Part shown: positions 29,350 to 38,625 of the stretch, in pieces
How the letters are laid out: each line of letters starts with the position of its first letter
Position numbering within the stretch: the first letter of the stretch is position 1
Assembly (NCBI GenBank): GCA_050123235.1
Contig: JASFHL010000002.1
Location: forward strand, 79,326-143,325
Source: Candidatus Woesebacteria bacterium
GTDB lineage: Bacteria; Patescibacteriota; Microgenomatia; UBA1400; PJMF01
Direction: 5' to 3'
DNA: 64,000 bases
Position numbers and translations under genes: made by a program
Notes under the pieces: generated by a model
The model's database searches: none
The model's input: only the letters and a program-made list of their open reading frames with translations
What the model was told of the DNA's origin: nothing

Positions 29350-29422
29350 AGCGAGAGACGGGATTCGAACCCGCGACCTTCTCCTTGGCAAGGAGACATT
29401 CTAGCCACTGAACTACTCTCGC
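29350..29422 (-). tRNA. tRNA-Gly (anticodon GCC)
   Basis: Reverse complement folds: acceptor GCGAGAG, anticodon stem CTCCT/AGGAG with loop TT-GCC-AA, T-arm GCGGGTTCGAATCCCGT. Confidence 0.8.
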
Positions 29423-29499
29423 TTTTCTTAATCAAAACTTAGCTAAAATTTCTAGCACCAGTCTTTCAATTTTTAATCTCCAACTTTTAACTCATTCTG

Positions 29500-29572
29500 T
29501 GCCAAGCTGAGGAATCGAACCTCAATCTCATGTTTTTCAGACACGCGCCGTGACCAACTTGGCTAGCTTGGC
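29500..29572 (-). tRNA. tRNA-Phe (anticodon GAA)
   Basis: Reverse complement: acceptor GCCAAGC, anticodon loop CT-GAA-AA, T-arm TGAGGTTCGATTCCTCA. Confidence 0.8.
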
Positions 29573-29639
29573 TAATTTTATCTTATCTTAAAAACAACCT
29601 CCCTATCCTAGCCTTATTCTAAAAATTTTTCAAGCCTAG

Positions 29640-29713
29640 TGGGCAATGTAGGATTCGAACCTACGACCTCTTCGATGTAAGCGAAGCACTCTAACCAGCT
29701 GAGCTAATTGCCC
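29640..29713 (-). tRNA. tRNA-Val (anticodon TAC)
   Basis: Reverse complement: GGGCAATTAGCTCAGCTGGTTAGAGTG…, anticodon loop CT-TAC-AT, T-arm GTAGGTTCGAATCCTAC. Confidence 0.8.
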
Positions 29714-30022
29714 TTTATTAACAACGATATTATAACCTCAATCATTGAATAAGTCTTGAGGTAATTAAATTTATTGACCTCTCATTTAAAAACATATATA
29801 CTACATATTAAGATATAAAAGTATTGCTTTATAAAAAAACCTAAAATTAATAAAGCAATCAAAAATAATGAGGCATCATCTTAATTTGCTCCATAAAAAA
29901 AAAATTCATCAGTTCAGCACTGGCAGATATTTTTTTCCTCTCAATCTTTCCTTTATAAAGCAAATTATCAATCACTCTCTCCCTACAGTTTGCTGGCGGG
30001 ATGAGCTAATTAAAGGAAATAT

Positions 30023-31351
30023 ATGATCACAGTCACTCCAGAAAAACCGCTATCAGCTAGCAACGTGGAGGGTGATCCTGCTACCGAAAGACAACTTTCA
30101 GCTCCTCCCCAACTTCGACCTAGAGAAATTGCTTATCAGGAACCCGGTGAGCCTTTGTCAGGAGAAAGATTGGAAGAATTAAGAGAAATTTTAGCTCTAG
30201 ATCATCAGCCTACTTTAGAAGCCTTAGCTTCTCATCTTTTTCAGAGTGACTTGGATCGAGCTCAAGAGTATTTGGCAGAATTAGCAATTGTAATGAATTT
30301 CCCAACAACGAAACTTTTTGTTCGTGATGCTAATACTGTTTTCCAAGATAAAGAAACTCTTGATTTAAAATTGAGCTTACTTGGCATAAATCCTCACACT
30401 TTTGGGGATCTTATGAGGATCAGAAATAACGATCCACAAGCAAATATAAGTAGAGCCACTTTGCTGAAAGAAGTTAATGACAGCAGCTTTACCGTAGCAA
30501 AAAGACTAGCTGAAGTTTGGACTGAAGTAAACTCAAGAGGCTACAAAGGTTACGTTGATTTATTAAATCAAATGGGTTGCACTCAAGAAAGAATAGCTGA
30601 TGCTGAAATTTTATTGGCTAATCTAGTAAACAGATTTTTACCAGGATTAACTGATGTACTTGATATCCATGATCCTCAATATAATCATAATCCAAATTTA
30701 GCATTGCCAGAATTACGACTGGCTGCAGCAAGTTCTAAAGAACTAGAAGAACTTTTTGGTCTAGATACTATCCCTTCTGCAGAATCAGATCTATTAGCTC
30801 CAGGTACGGCTACAGCTATGTTTTTTGCTAGAATTAATGAGCAAGAAAAATTAGAAAAAAAAGTGACCATTCTTCATGGCAAAGGTGATCCAAGAACAAA
30901 ACATGAAGTAGGACACGTATTAACTGATTATGCTTTAACTGATGCTGGTTTGCCTTTCTCATTAATGACTGATATGGAATTAACTGAAGCTGCCAGTAGA
31001 TTCAGCGAAAGAATGGATATCAGAGAAACTATTTTTAATCTTGCTACTTTAGTGGCAAGTTATAGATTAGCTAAAGACATAGATACATTGATGAGAATAC
31101 CACAACTAGATTTAGATAAAAAGATTTTTGTTTTGCAAGACGATATAACAGAAGCAGCGGACCAAGAATTAGATTGTGGCATTAAAGCGGCACCAGGAGC
31201 TGCTCATCTTTGGATGGGCCCTTTTGCAGTACCATATTGGATGGGTACTGCCAGCGCTGTTTCTATGAGGCTAGCTTTAAGTGAAGAAGAAAATCCTAAA
31301 ACTCAGATAGAAGCGATTGCCATGGTTTTGCAACAATATGGAGTTCTCTAG
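30023..31351 (+). CDS. Hypothetical protein with G+C and codon usage atypical for the window (possibly acquired)
   Basis: A 442-aa ORF rich in L/E/A/D. G+C is visibly higher than in flanking genes (frequent CTG, GCC, CGA, GAG codons). No motif recognised. Confidence 0.5.
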   Translation: MITVTPEKPLSASNVEGDPATERQLSAPPQLRPREIAYQEPGEPLSGERLEELREILALDHQPTLEALASHLFQSDLDRAQEYLAELAIVMNFPTTKLFVRDANTVFQDKETLDLKLSLLGINPHTFGDLMRIRNNDPQANISRATLLKEVNDSSFTVAKRLAEVWTEVNSRGYKGYVDLLNQMGCTQERIADAEILLANLVNRFLPGLTDVLDIHDPQYNHNPNLALPELRLAAASSKELEELFGLDTIPSAESDLLAPGTATAMFFARINEQEKLEKKVTILHGKGDPRTKHEVGHVLTDYALTDAGLPFSLMTDMELTEAASRFSERMDIRETIFNLATLVASYRLAKDIDTLMRIPQLDLDKKIFVLQDDITEAADQELDCGIKAAPGAAHLWMGPFAVPYWMGTASAVSMRLALSEEENPKTQIEAIAMVLQQYGVL

Positions 31352-31645
31352 AATTTTTATTTAAGAATTTTAGGGAAGGCTTAGTCTGAAAATAAGCTGA
31401 TAAATCACATATCAAATATGCCCTTGACTGTAAAAATGAAATACTTCATAGTAACTACAGCTTTTTTAAAAATATTTGAGCACCAAGATTAGAAAATTAA
31501 TGCAAAAACTAATTTTTTTTTTGCCAACACTAAGCTTTCTCTCCGATTCTAAATACCGCTATCAAATTTGCAATTCCCCAAAAATAGAAACTCATAAAAA
31601 AATTGAATTATTGGAATTTCTATTAAATAAAAATAAAAGTAAAAA

Positions 31646-31669
31646 ACTCCCAAATGGGAGTTTTTTTTT
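31646..31669 (+). terminator. Rho-independent terminator-like hairpin plus T9 run
   Basis: ACTCCCA-aa-TGGGAGT followed by TTTTTTTTT. It ends about 17 nt before the argG start codon. Confidence 0.6.
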
Positions 31670-31686
31670 GTAGGCAAAGGTCATTT

Positions 31687-32886
31687 ATGTCCAAAAAACA
31701 ACAGAATAAAAAACTAATTTTAGCTTTTTCAGGTGGACTGGATACATCTTTTTCAATTCCTTATCTAAAAGATCAAGGTTACCAAGTTATCACAGTCACT
31801 CTTGATTCAGGAGGTTTTTCTAAAAAGGAATTAATAGCCATTAAAAAGAAATCAAGAAAATTAGGTGCCAGCAAGCATTACCAGGTTGATATCAAAAAAG
31901 AACTTTACGAAGAAGTTATCTCCTGGATTATCAAAAGCAATGGTCTTTATGAAGGTTCTTACCCTAACATGTGTGCTGACCGCTATCTGATTGCCAAAAA
32001 ATGTATTGAAATCGCCAAAAAAGAAAATGCAAAATATGTAGCCCACGGTTCAACTGCCATGGGCAATGATCAAGTGCGTTTTGATTTAGCTTTAATGGCA
32101 TTAGGGCCAAATATCAAAATTGTGGAACCAATCAAAGAAATCGGTGGAGATAGAAAAGTAGAACTTAATTTTTTAAAAGACAGAGGTTTTGATGTCAGTT
32201 GGAAGCACCAACAATATTCCATCAATGAAAATATCATGGGTTTAACTTACTCTGGATCAACTATTGACCAAAGTAAAGAAGCAGATAGTAAGATTTTTAA
32301 ACTTGTTACTGCCAAAGAGATAAAGAAAAGTAAGTATTTGAGCGTTAGTTTCAAAGCTGGAGAACTAGTAAAAGTCAACAATAAAGCTATGTCTGGCTCA
32401 GAAGCGATTGCCTACTTAAATAAAGTAGTCGGACAACATGGTTTTGGCAAAATGTACTATACCGGTGACTGTATTATTGGCATTAAAGGCAGGATAGCCA
32501 TTGAAGCTCCTGCACTTTATTTTTTAATCATCGCCCATCGCGCTCTAGAGCAACAGGTTTTAACCAAAACTCAAATTGATTTCGGAGTCCCAGTTTCACA
32601 GCGCCTTACGGAAATGATTTACAATGGTAAATTTTATGATCCGCTGGTGACTGATCTAAAAACTTTTCTTGACTCGCAACAAAAAAACGTGACTGGGACT
32701 GTCAAAATGAAGCTGGAATATGGACAAGCTTTGCCAGTTGAAATCAAAACTTCCAATTCATTAATTGATCATAAAACAGCCACTTATGCTCAAAGCTGTA
32801 GCTGGACAAGAGAAGATGCTGATGGTTTTATCAAACTTTATGGTTTACAGTCTAATCTGGCACATAGAATATCAACAAAAAAATGA
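31687..32886 (+). CDS. argG: Argininosuccinate synthase
   Basis: N-type ATP pyrophosphatase P-loop AFSGGLDTS, size about 400 aa. Start taken as MSKKQQ at 31687; the track ORF start at 31654 lies inside the terminator. Confidence 0.85.
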   Translation: MSKKQQNKKLILAFSGGLDTSFSIPYLKDQGYQVITVTLDSGGFSKKELIAIKKKSRKLGASKHYQVDIKKELYEEVISWIIKSNGLYEGSYPNMCADRYLIAKKCIEIAKKENAKYVAHGSTAMGNDQVRFDLALMALGPNIKIVEPIKEIGGDRKVELNFLKDRGFDVSWKHQQYSINENIMGLTYSGSTIDQSKEADSKIFKLVTAKEIKKSKYLSVSFKAGELVKVNNKAMSGSEAIAYLNKVVGQHGFGKMYYTGDCIIGIKGRIAIEAPALYFLIIAHRALEQQVLTKTQIDFGVPVSQRLTEMIYNGKFYDPLVTDLKTFLDSQQKNVTGTVKMKLEYGQALPVEIKTSNSLIDHKTATYAQSCSWTREDADGFIKLYGLQSNLAHRISTKK

Positions 32887-33521
32887 AAAAAAACAAAGCC
32901 AAATACCATTTATCGCATTATCAATTTTTTGATGCCAATGTTTTACATTCAATTCCTAATACTTTAAAAACTATTATTGCCAAACAAATGGTTAATCTTT
33001 TAAAAGAACATCAAGAAACTATGCTTCAACCCAGCATGACCGAATTGATTGAAAATCTAAACACAGGCCAAGTGGTCATATCTTGGGATACTGAAAATAA
33101 TGCTGTTGCTGGTTTCGGAAGAGCTAGTCTTTGGCCAGGAAAAAATAAAAAAAAGCAAAAAGTCTATGAATTTGGTAGTTGGCTAGTGCAGAAAGAATAT
33201 CAAGGCCAAGGAATTGGCAGAAAAGTCCTTTATTTGATGATTGATTATTTAAAACGCGAAAATAAAAAATTACAAATTATCGCGGTCTGTTCTGAAAGCA
33301 ATCCTCGCCCTGTCCAAGTTTTACAGCTAGCTGGTGCTCAACTCACTAGTCAACCAAGTAATGTTAAAGTTTTACTTGGAGAAGGTGAGGCAAAAGTAGT
33401 CTTTCTGGACTTAACAAATATTGATGCTAAGTCTGTAGCTGATTTACCAAAAAAAATGATTGAGAAGTTCCAAAAACAGCTTTACTCACCAACTTATGGA
33501 AATGGTTGTGTACATCTTTAA
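32883..33521 (+). CDS. GNAT family N-acetyltransferase
   Basis: Acetyl-CoA binding motif QGQGIGRKVL (Q/RxxGxG/A), in a GNAT-fold-sized protein. Confidence 0.65.
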   Translation: MKKNKAKYHLSHYQFFDANVLHSIPNTLKTIIAKQMVNLLKEHQETMLQPSMTELIENLNTGQVVISWDTENNAVAGFGRASLWPGKNKKKQKVYEFGSWLVQKEYQGQGIGRKVLYLMIDYLKRENKKLQIIAVCSESNPRPVQVLQLAGAQLTSQPSNVKVLLGEGEAKVVFLDLTNIDAKSVADLPKKMIEKFQKQLYSPTYGNGCVHL

Positions 33522-34969
33522 ATATGCTGAAGCAAAACCAAAACTTACTAATTGAAAATTGTGAATTAATTTATACAGTCAATCAACAAAGAGATGTTCT
33601 AGAAAAAACTGACATTTATCTTGAAGATAATTTAATTAAAAAAATTGGCAAAAATTTAAGACAAAACATAAAAAATAAAATTAACGAGACTATTGATGCC
33701 TCTGAGATGATTGCGTTGCCTGGTTTTATTAATACCCATCATCATCTTTTTCAGACACTTTTTAGAGGCATTGATCTATTAAAAAAACGACCGATTGTGG
33801 AATGGATACAAACACTTTCGGCTTTAGTTGAATTTATGGATGAAGAGGCAATTGATATCGCAGTTAAAATTGGAATTGCTGAATTACTTTTGTCTGGTTG
33901 TACTACTACTAGTGATCATTTATATGTTTTTCCACACGGGAGAGAAAGCTTATTTGATGCTGAAGTAAAAGCAGCAGAAAAAATGGCAATTCGCTTTCAT
34001 CCTATTCGCGGCAATTTATCAGTCAATGAACAAGGGGAGAGTCTTTTTCCTGACTATGTTTTAGAAACTGAAGATCAGGTTCTCAGTCGATCAAAAGCGG
34101 CTATTGAAAAATATCATGATGATTCAAAACTTTCTATGTGTAGACTCGGTTTAGGACCTTGTGGTATTTACTCAGCTTCCAAAAATCTATTTGAAAAAAT
34201 CGGCCAGTTAGCAAAAAAACACCAGCTTAACTTACATACTCATCTTTTAGAAACAGCTGATGAACATCAATTAAGCAAACAGTTATTTAAAATGGATCTC
34301 TTTGATTTTTTATCATCAACTAATTTCTTAGGAAAACATGCTTGGCATGCTCATGCTGTTTATGCCACAAAAAATGATGTCAAAACCTTAGCTAAAATAA
34401 AAACTGGCATCTCTTACACCCCTTGGTGCACTACTGCCAAAAAACAAGTTACTCCAGTTATACAAATGCTTAAACACGGCGTGCCTGTTAGCATCGGCAC
34501 TGATGGATCTGCTGGCAATGATGCCTCAAATTTAATGGTGGAGGCAAGATTGGCGGGTAGATTGCAAGGTATGAATCAAGAAGTTAAAACAGTTTCCTAT
34601 CTGCGAGCTACAGAAATATTAGAATTACTCACCATTGGCGGGGCACGTTGTTTAGGGCGAGAAGATGTTTTGGGATCGATTGAAAAAAATAAGGTTGCAG
34701 ACTTAGTACTTATTAATATTAAAGATAAATTAGAATGTAGTGGCTGTGATAATCCTTTGGAAGCTATTTTTCATACAGCTCTAAATCGCGTTGATTACTC
34801 AATAATTAACGGAAAAATAATTGTCAAACAAGGCCAATTAAACAACTCTAAACTAGATTTAAAAAAAATGATCAAAATTCATAACGCTATTGCTAAAAAA
34901 GTAAGACAAAAGGCAGAAAAAAAATTAAATAAAAATCTCAGGCTAAAATGGCAAAAAGCATTTATTTAA
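33506..34969 (+). CDS. Amidohydrolase family protein (nucleoside/nucleobase deaminase-like, similar to MTA/SAH deaminase or guanine deaminase)
   Basis: Metal-binding GFINTHHHL (HxH), a mid-protein HLLET motif and a distal D. About 490 aa. The substrate is not inferable from sequence. Confidence 0.65.
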   Translation: MCTSLNMLKQNQNLLIENCELIYTVNQQRDVLEKTDIYLEDNLIKKIGKNLRQNIKNKINETIDASEMIALPGFINTHHHLFQTLFRGIDLLKKRPIVEWIQTLSALVEFMDEEAIDIAVKIGIAELLLSGCTTTSDHLYVFPHGRESLFDAEVKAAEKMAIRFHPIRGNLSVNEQGESLFPDYVLETEDQVLSRSKAAIEKYHDDSKLSMCRLGLGPCGIYSASKNLFEKIGQLAKKHQLNLHTHLLETADEHQLSKQLFKMDLFDFLSSTNFLGKHAWHAHAVYATKNDVKTLAKIKTGISYTPWCTTAKKQVTPVIQMLKHGVPVSIGTDGSAGNDASNLMVEARLAGRLQGMNQEVKTVSYLRATEILELLTIGGARCLGREDVLGSIEKNKVADLVLINIKDKLECSGCDNPLEAIFHTALNRVDYSIINGKIIVKQGQLNNSKLDLKKMIKIHNAIAKKVRQKAEKKLNKNLRLKWQKAFI

Positions 34970-34990
34970 AAATTAGTTAAAGGAGCAATA

Positions 34991-36232
34991 ATGACCTCAA
35001 TAAAAGAAAAAAAAGCTAAAAAGAGAGTTAGACAATATATTGACCAGAACATCGTTAAAAAAGTGTATTCTAACAAAGCTGTGGATAAAGTAGCTTGGGT
35101 CGTCGGCTCCACACCTCCTCCTTTAACTATAGAAATGGAAAGATTGAGATATAAAGCTCCACATCACCCTTCTCTTAAGGAAATTTTTAAAGCTAGAACT
35201 CGCTTAGCCGCAGAAATGTATTTAACCAGAACCTGTGCTCTCAATTGTCTAGGCTGCTCAGTGCCTACTTACATTCGTTGGGGTAAAGAAGAAAAAAGAA
35301 CTTGTCAAGAATGGCAGAAATTAATCATTGAGCTAAAAGAAAGGGGATTGAAAGCAGTTAAATTTATTGGTGGTGAGGTTGGTTTTATTCCATGGCTACC
35401 AGATGTAGTCAAAACTGCTTTAAATCATGATCTAGTAGCAACTGTCTTTACTGATGGGATCCCATTTCTCAGAAAGCCTGAAAGACTAGAAAGACTATAC
35501 GAACTCAGTGACGGCAAAGTTATTCTTTATACCAGCCTTGATTTTTTACCACCAAGAAAAAAACTAACATCAAAAGCTGCGCTTAATCCCGAAACTTCTA
35601 GAGCATATAAAGCTCAGGAAGCATTAAAATTCATTGATCAAGCAATTGATTTTGGTTTTCCAGTGGTTGCGCATATGATGGTTTTTGCTGGAAACTATAA
35701 TTTAATAGAAAAAATTTATCAAAAGGTGACACAGCATGGAGCTAAATTTTCTATTGGCACTATGCAAGTGGACTGCCATCTTTATCAAGGTAGAAATCCA
35801 AAAAACTATGCTCAAGCTTTGACTAAAAAACATCGAAGCAAAATTAAACAACAGATGCTCAAACTACTAAAAATTGAAGATAAAAATGTGAAAGCAGGTC
35901 GGCGAACATTTGTTAATTCTAGAGCTCATTTAGCTAGCTTGCATACAGAAGGCATTAATCCTAAAGTTGATTGCAATAATCGCTTGGGGCCACCAGCAGT
36001 TTTTGCGGTGATGCCTAATCATGATCTCAGACATTGCCCAGTGATCCAAACTTTAGATCAGGTGAAACAATGTCAAGGTTGTTCTTACGCAGTCTTCAGA
36101 GATTCAGACCCTGAAAGAGCTAAATTTTTAAAAGAGAAAGGAATATATAAACCAAAAAAGGGAGTAGTTGATTTTCCATCTTTAATTTATCCAACTGAAG
36201 AAAATAATCAACTAGAAAAATTGTATGAATAA
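34991..36232 (+). CDS. Radical SAM domain protein with an additional C-terminal Cys cluster
   Basis: CALNCLGC matches CxxxCxxC. C-terminal cysteines (CNNRLG…HCPV…CQGCSY) suggest an auxiliary Fe-S (SPASM/twitch-like) region. Confidence 0.55.
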   Translation: MTSIKEKKAKKRVRQYIDQNIVKKVYSNKAVDKVAWVVGSTPPPLTIEMERLRYKAPHHPSLKEIFKARTRLAAEMYLTRTCALNCLGCSVPTYIRWGKEEKRTCQEWQKLIIELKERGLKAVKFIGGEVGFIPWLPDVVKTALNHDLVATVFTDGIPFLRKPERLERLYELSDGKVILYTSLDFLPPRKKLTSKAALNPETSRAYKAQEALKFIDQAIDFGFPVVAHMMVFAGNYNLIEKIYQKVTQHGAKFSIGTMQVDCHLYQGRNPKNYAQALTKKHRSKIKQQMLKLLKIEDKNVKAGRRTFVNSRAHLASLHTEGINPKVDCNNRLGPPAVFAVMPNHDLRHCPVIQTLDQVKQCQGCSYAVFRDSDPERAKFLKEKGIYKPKKGVVDFPSLIYPTEENNQLEKLYE

Positions 36233-37115
36233 AAATTTAAAACAAATATTAAACCAAGCTATTGACATTCATGTTCATGTTGGAGATAGATCTTATGATG
36301 ATGGAGGTCTTAAAAGACAATATACAGTTAGCGATCTAAATAAGGCAACTAAATCTTTCCTTGTTGCAAAAGCACATTTTCTTCCATTTGTGAAAGAAGA
36401 AAATAAAGTACTAGGTTCTGTTACTCTTAATTTTGGAATGAAAGCAGAGCAAGTCTTAGAGGCAAGTAAACATGTGTCACATCGGTTGACCGTTTGGATG
36501 CCAACTTTAAATGCTAAAGCCCATCAGGAAGCTGTTAAAAATGATCCTTTTTGGAAAAAACTTTTTGCTGGACTAAAACTAGGAGAACCAATTTCTGTTT
36601 TAAATGAATTAAGAGAATTGTCTCAAGAAACTTTAAAAGTACTAGAAACTATCAAAAAATTAGATGCAATCCTTGCTACCGGCCATTTATCACAACAGGA
36701 AGTGAAAATTTTAGTCAAAGAAGCAATTCAATCAAGAATTTCTGATATTGTTTTAACTCATGTTAGTTCCAGACATAATAAGTTATCAATTGATCAGCAA
36801 CAAAAATTAATTGCCTTAGGCAAAAAAAAACAAACTAGAGTTTGGAGTGAACACTGTGCTATTACTTGGATTGACGGTAAAGAAGGTGCTTACGATATAA
36901 AAAGAGATTTTGTTGAGCTAATTAAAAAAATCGGACCGAAGCATTGTATTATTTCGTCAGATACCGGCCGTTACATTGGAGATGCTAAAAAACCAAGTTT
37001 ACCAAATGAATGTTTAGAATTATTTTGCCAGCTATTATTAAATAACGGTATTAGTTTGGAAGATTTATCAATGATGTTAATTCAAAATCCTAAAACTTTG
37101 TTTAAACTAACATAA
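36225..37115 (+). CDS. Hypothetical metal-dependent hydrolase (TIM-barrel amidohydrolase-2-like)
   Basis: N-terminal DIHVHVGD (HxH) motif typical of TIM-barrel metallohydrolases. Overlaps the radical SAM gene by 8 nt, suggesting they form an operon. Confidence 0.4.
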   Translation: MNKNLKQILNQAIDIHVHVGDRSYDDGGLKRQYTVSDLNKATKSFLVAKAHFLPFVKEENKVLGSVTLNFGMKAEQVLEASKHVSHRLTVWMPTLNAKAHQEAVKNDPFWKKLFAGLKLGEPISVLNELRELSQETLKVLETIKKLDAILATGHLSQQEVKILVKEAIQSRISDIVLTHVSSRHNKLSIDQQQKLIALGKKKQTRVWSEHCAITWIDGKEGAYDIKRDFVELIKKIGPKHCIISSDTGRYIGDAKKPSLPNECLELFCQLLLNNGISLEDLSMMLIQNPKTLFKLT

Positions 37116-37166
37116 CTAATCACGCTTTGTATTAATATTAACAATTTAAATTAAAAGGAAAAAAAT

Positions 37167-37712
37167 ATGATAAAAAAAACTTATCAGGTTAATATTGCCG
37201 GCCTCAAACGAAAACTACCTTTATTTCAGGTCGCCCCTGATTTGAAAATTGCTCTTTTCAATATCTTAGGTGACACAGAAGTAGTACTACATGCTGCTAA
37301 AGCCCTAGCCAAAAAAATTCCCAAAGAAGTAGACGTTTTAGTTACTCCTGAAGTTAAAAGTGTGCCACTGGCTTTTGAACTCTCAATGTTGCTCAATAAA
37401 CCATATATAGTGACTCGCAAAATTAGAAAACCATATATGACCGGTTCAATCAAAGCTGATGTAACTTCCATTACTACTGGCAAACTCCAGACTTTATGGT
37501 TAGACGGGAGAGATATTAAAAAAGTTGCTCAAAAAAAAGTAGCTCTAGTTGACGATGTGATCAGTACTGGTAGCACACTTAAAGGTCTGCGTGACTTGAT
37601 GAAAAAAGCCAAAGCAAAAATAGTAGCAGAAGTTGCTGTTTTCACAGAAGGAGATAAAGATCAATGGAAAGATGTTATTTCACTGGGACACCTACCTCTA
37701 TTTAAAAAATAG
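37167..37712 (+). CDS. Phosphoribosyltransferase (adenine/purine PRTase-like, type I)
   Basis: PRPP-binding motif VALVDDVISTGSTL and a size of about 180 aa. Confidence 0.7.
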   Translation: MIKKTYQVNIAGLKRKLPLFQVAPDLKIALFNILGDTEVVLHAAKALAKKIPKEVDVLVTPEVKSVPLAFELSMLLNKPYIVTRKIRKPYMTGSIKADVTSITTGKLQTLWLDGRDIKKVAQKKVALVDDVISTGSTLKGLRDLMKKAKAKIVAEVAVFTEGDKDQWKDVISLGHLPLFKK

Positions 37713-37801
37713 ATAGTTTTAAAAAGTTATATTCTTAAAATTTGGGCCAAATATTATTTTTAAACAAAGATACAATTAATTAACAATTAAAGAAAGAAAA
37801 T

Positions 37802-38611
37802 ATGTATTCAATTTCAACATATGCTGATATCGGAGTGATTGGTGGTTCTGGTTTTTACTCGTTGCTTGATAAAGCAAAATCAATCAGCATTGATACTCCT
37901 TATGGCCCGGCAAGCGATCAGTTTAGTATTGGCAAAATTGCTGACAAAACAGTAGCTTTCCTACCACGCCACGGCTTTGATCATCGTTTTCCACCTCATA
38001 AAATACCATACAAAGCAAACCTTTTTGCCTTTAAACAACTAGGAGTGAAATTTATTATTTCTCCTTGTGCTTCTGGCAGTTTAAAAAATGAAATCAAACC
38101 AGGTGACTTTGTGATTTGTGATCAATTTGTTGACCGTACTAAGGGTAGAGAAGATACTTTTTATCACGGACCAAAAGTAGCACACATTGCTCTTGATGAA
38201 CCATACTGCCCATATCTAAGACAAATCGCTAGTACAGCAGCTAAAAAATTAAAATATCCTATCCATGACCAAGGGACCGTAGTAGTGATCAATGGTCCTC
38301 GTTTTTCTAGCCGTGCTGAAAGTGAATGGTTTAGTAATCAAGGTTTTGCTGTCATTAATATGACTCAATATCCTGAAGTAGTTTTAGCTAGGGAATTGGA
38401 GATTTGTTTTGTCAATATCTCGCTCATCACTGATTACGATGTGGGAATAAAAAATAATCCAGATGTCAAAGCTGTTAGTACAGATGAAGTAATTAAAATT
38501 TTCAAAAAAAATAATCAAAAAATCAGAAACATGCTTGTCGAAATTATTAAAAATATTAACATTAAAAATGACTGCTCTTGCCAGCACGCACTGGAACATG
38601 CAGTCATCTAA
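37802..38611 (+). CDS. Purine nucleoside / 5'-methylthioadenosine phosphorylase (PNP family 2)
   Basis: IGVIGGSG, LPRHG, a phosphate-binding region and the overall MTAP/PNP pattern. Confidence 0.75.
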   Translation: MYSISTYADIGVIGGSGFYSLLDKAKSISIDTPYGPASDQFSIGKIADKTVAFLPRHGFDHRFPPHKIPYKANLFAFKQLGVKFIISPCASGSLKNEIKPGDFVICDQFVDRTKGREDTFYHGPKVAHIALDEPYCPYLRQIASTAAKKLKYPIHDQGTVVVINGPRFSSRAESEWFSNQGFAVINMTQYPEVVLARELEICFVNISLITDYDVGIKNNPDVKAVSTDEVIKIFKKNNQKIRNMLVEIIKNINIKNDCSCQHALEHAVI

Positions 38612-38625
38612 AGAGAGGGAAATTT

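Noticed and set aside
31352-31686. T-box riboswitch upstream of argG.
   Set aside because: No T-box consensus or specifier-loop architecture; the leader is AT-rich, with only the terminator hairpin.
34991-36232. Radical SAM plus amidohydrolase as futalosine-pathway enzymes (MqnC/MqnE plus aminofutalosine deaminase).
   Set aside because: The Cys motif here is CxxxCxxC (CALNCLGC), not the CxxxCxFC-like context of MqnC/E. No mqnA/mqnD candidates are present, and menaquinone synthesis is not expected in this kind of reduced genome.
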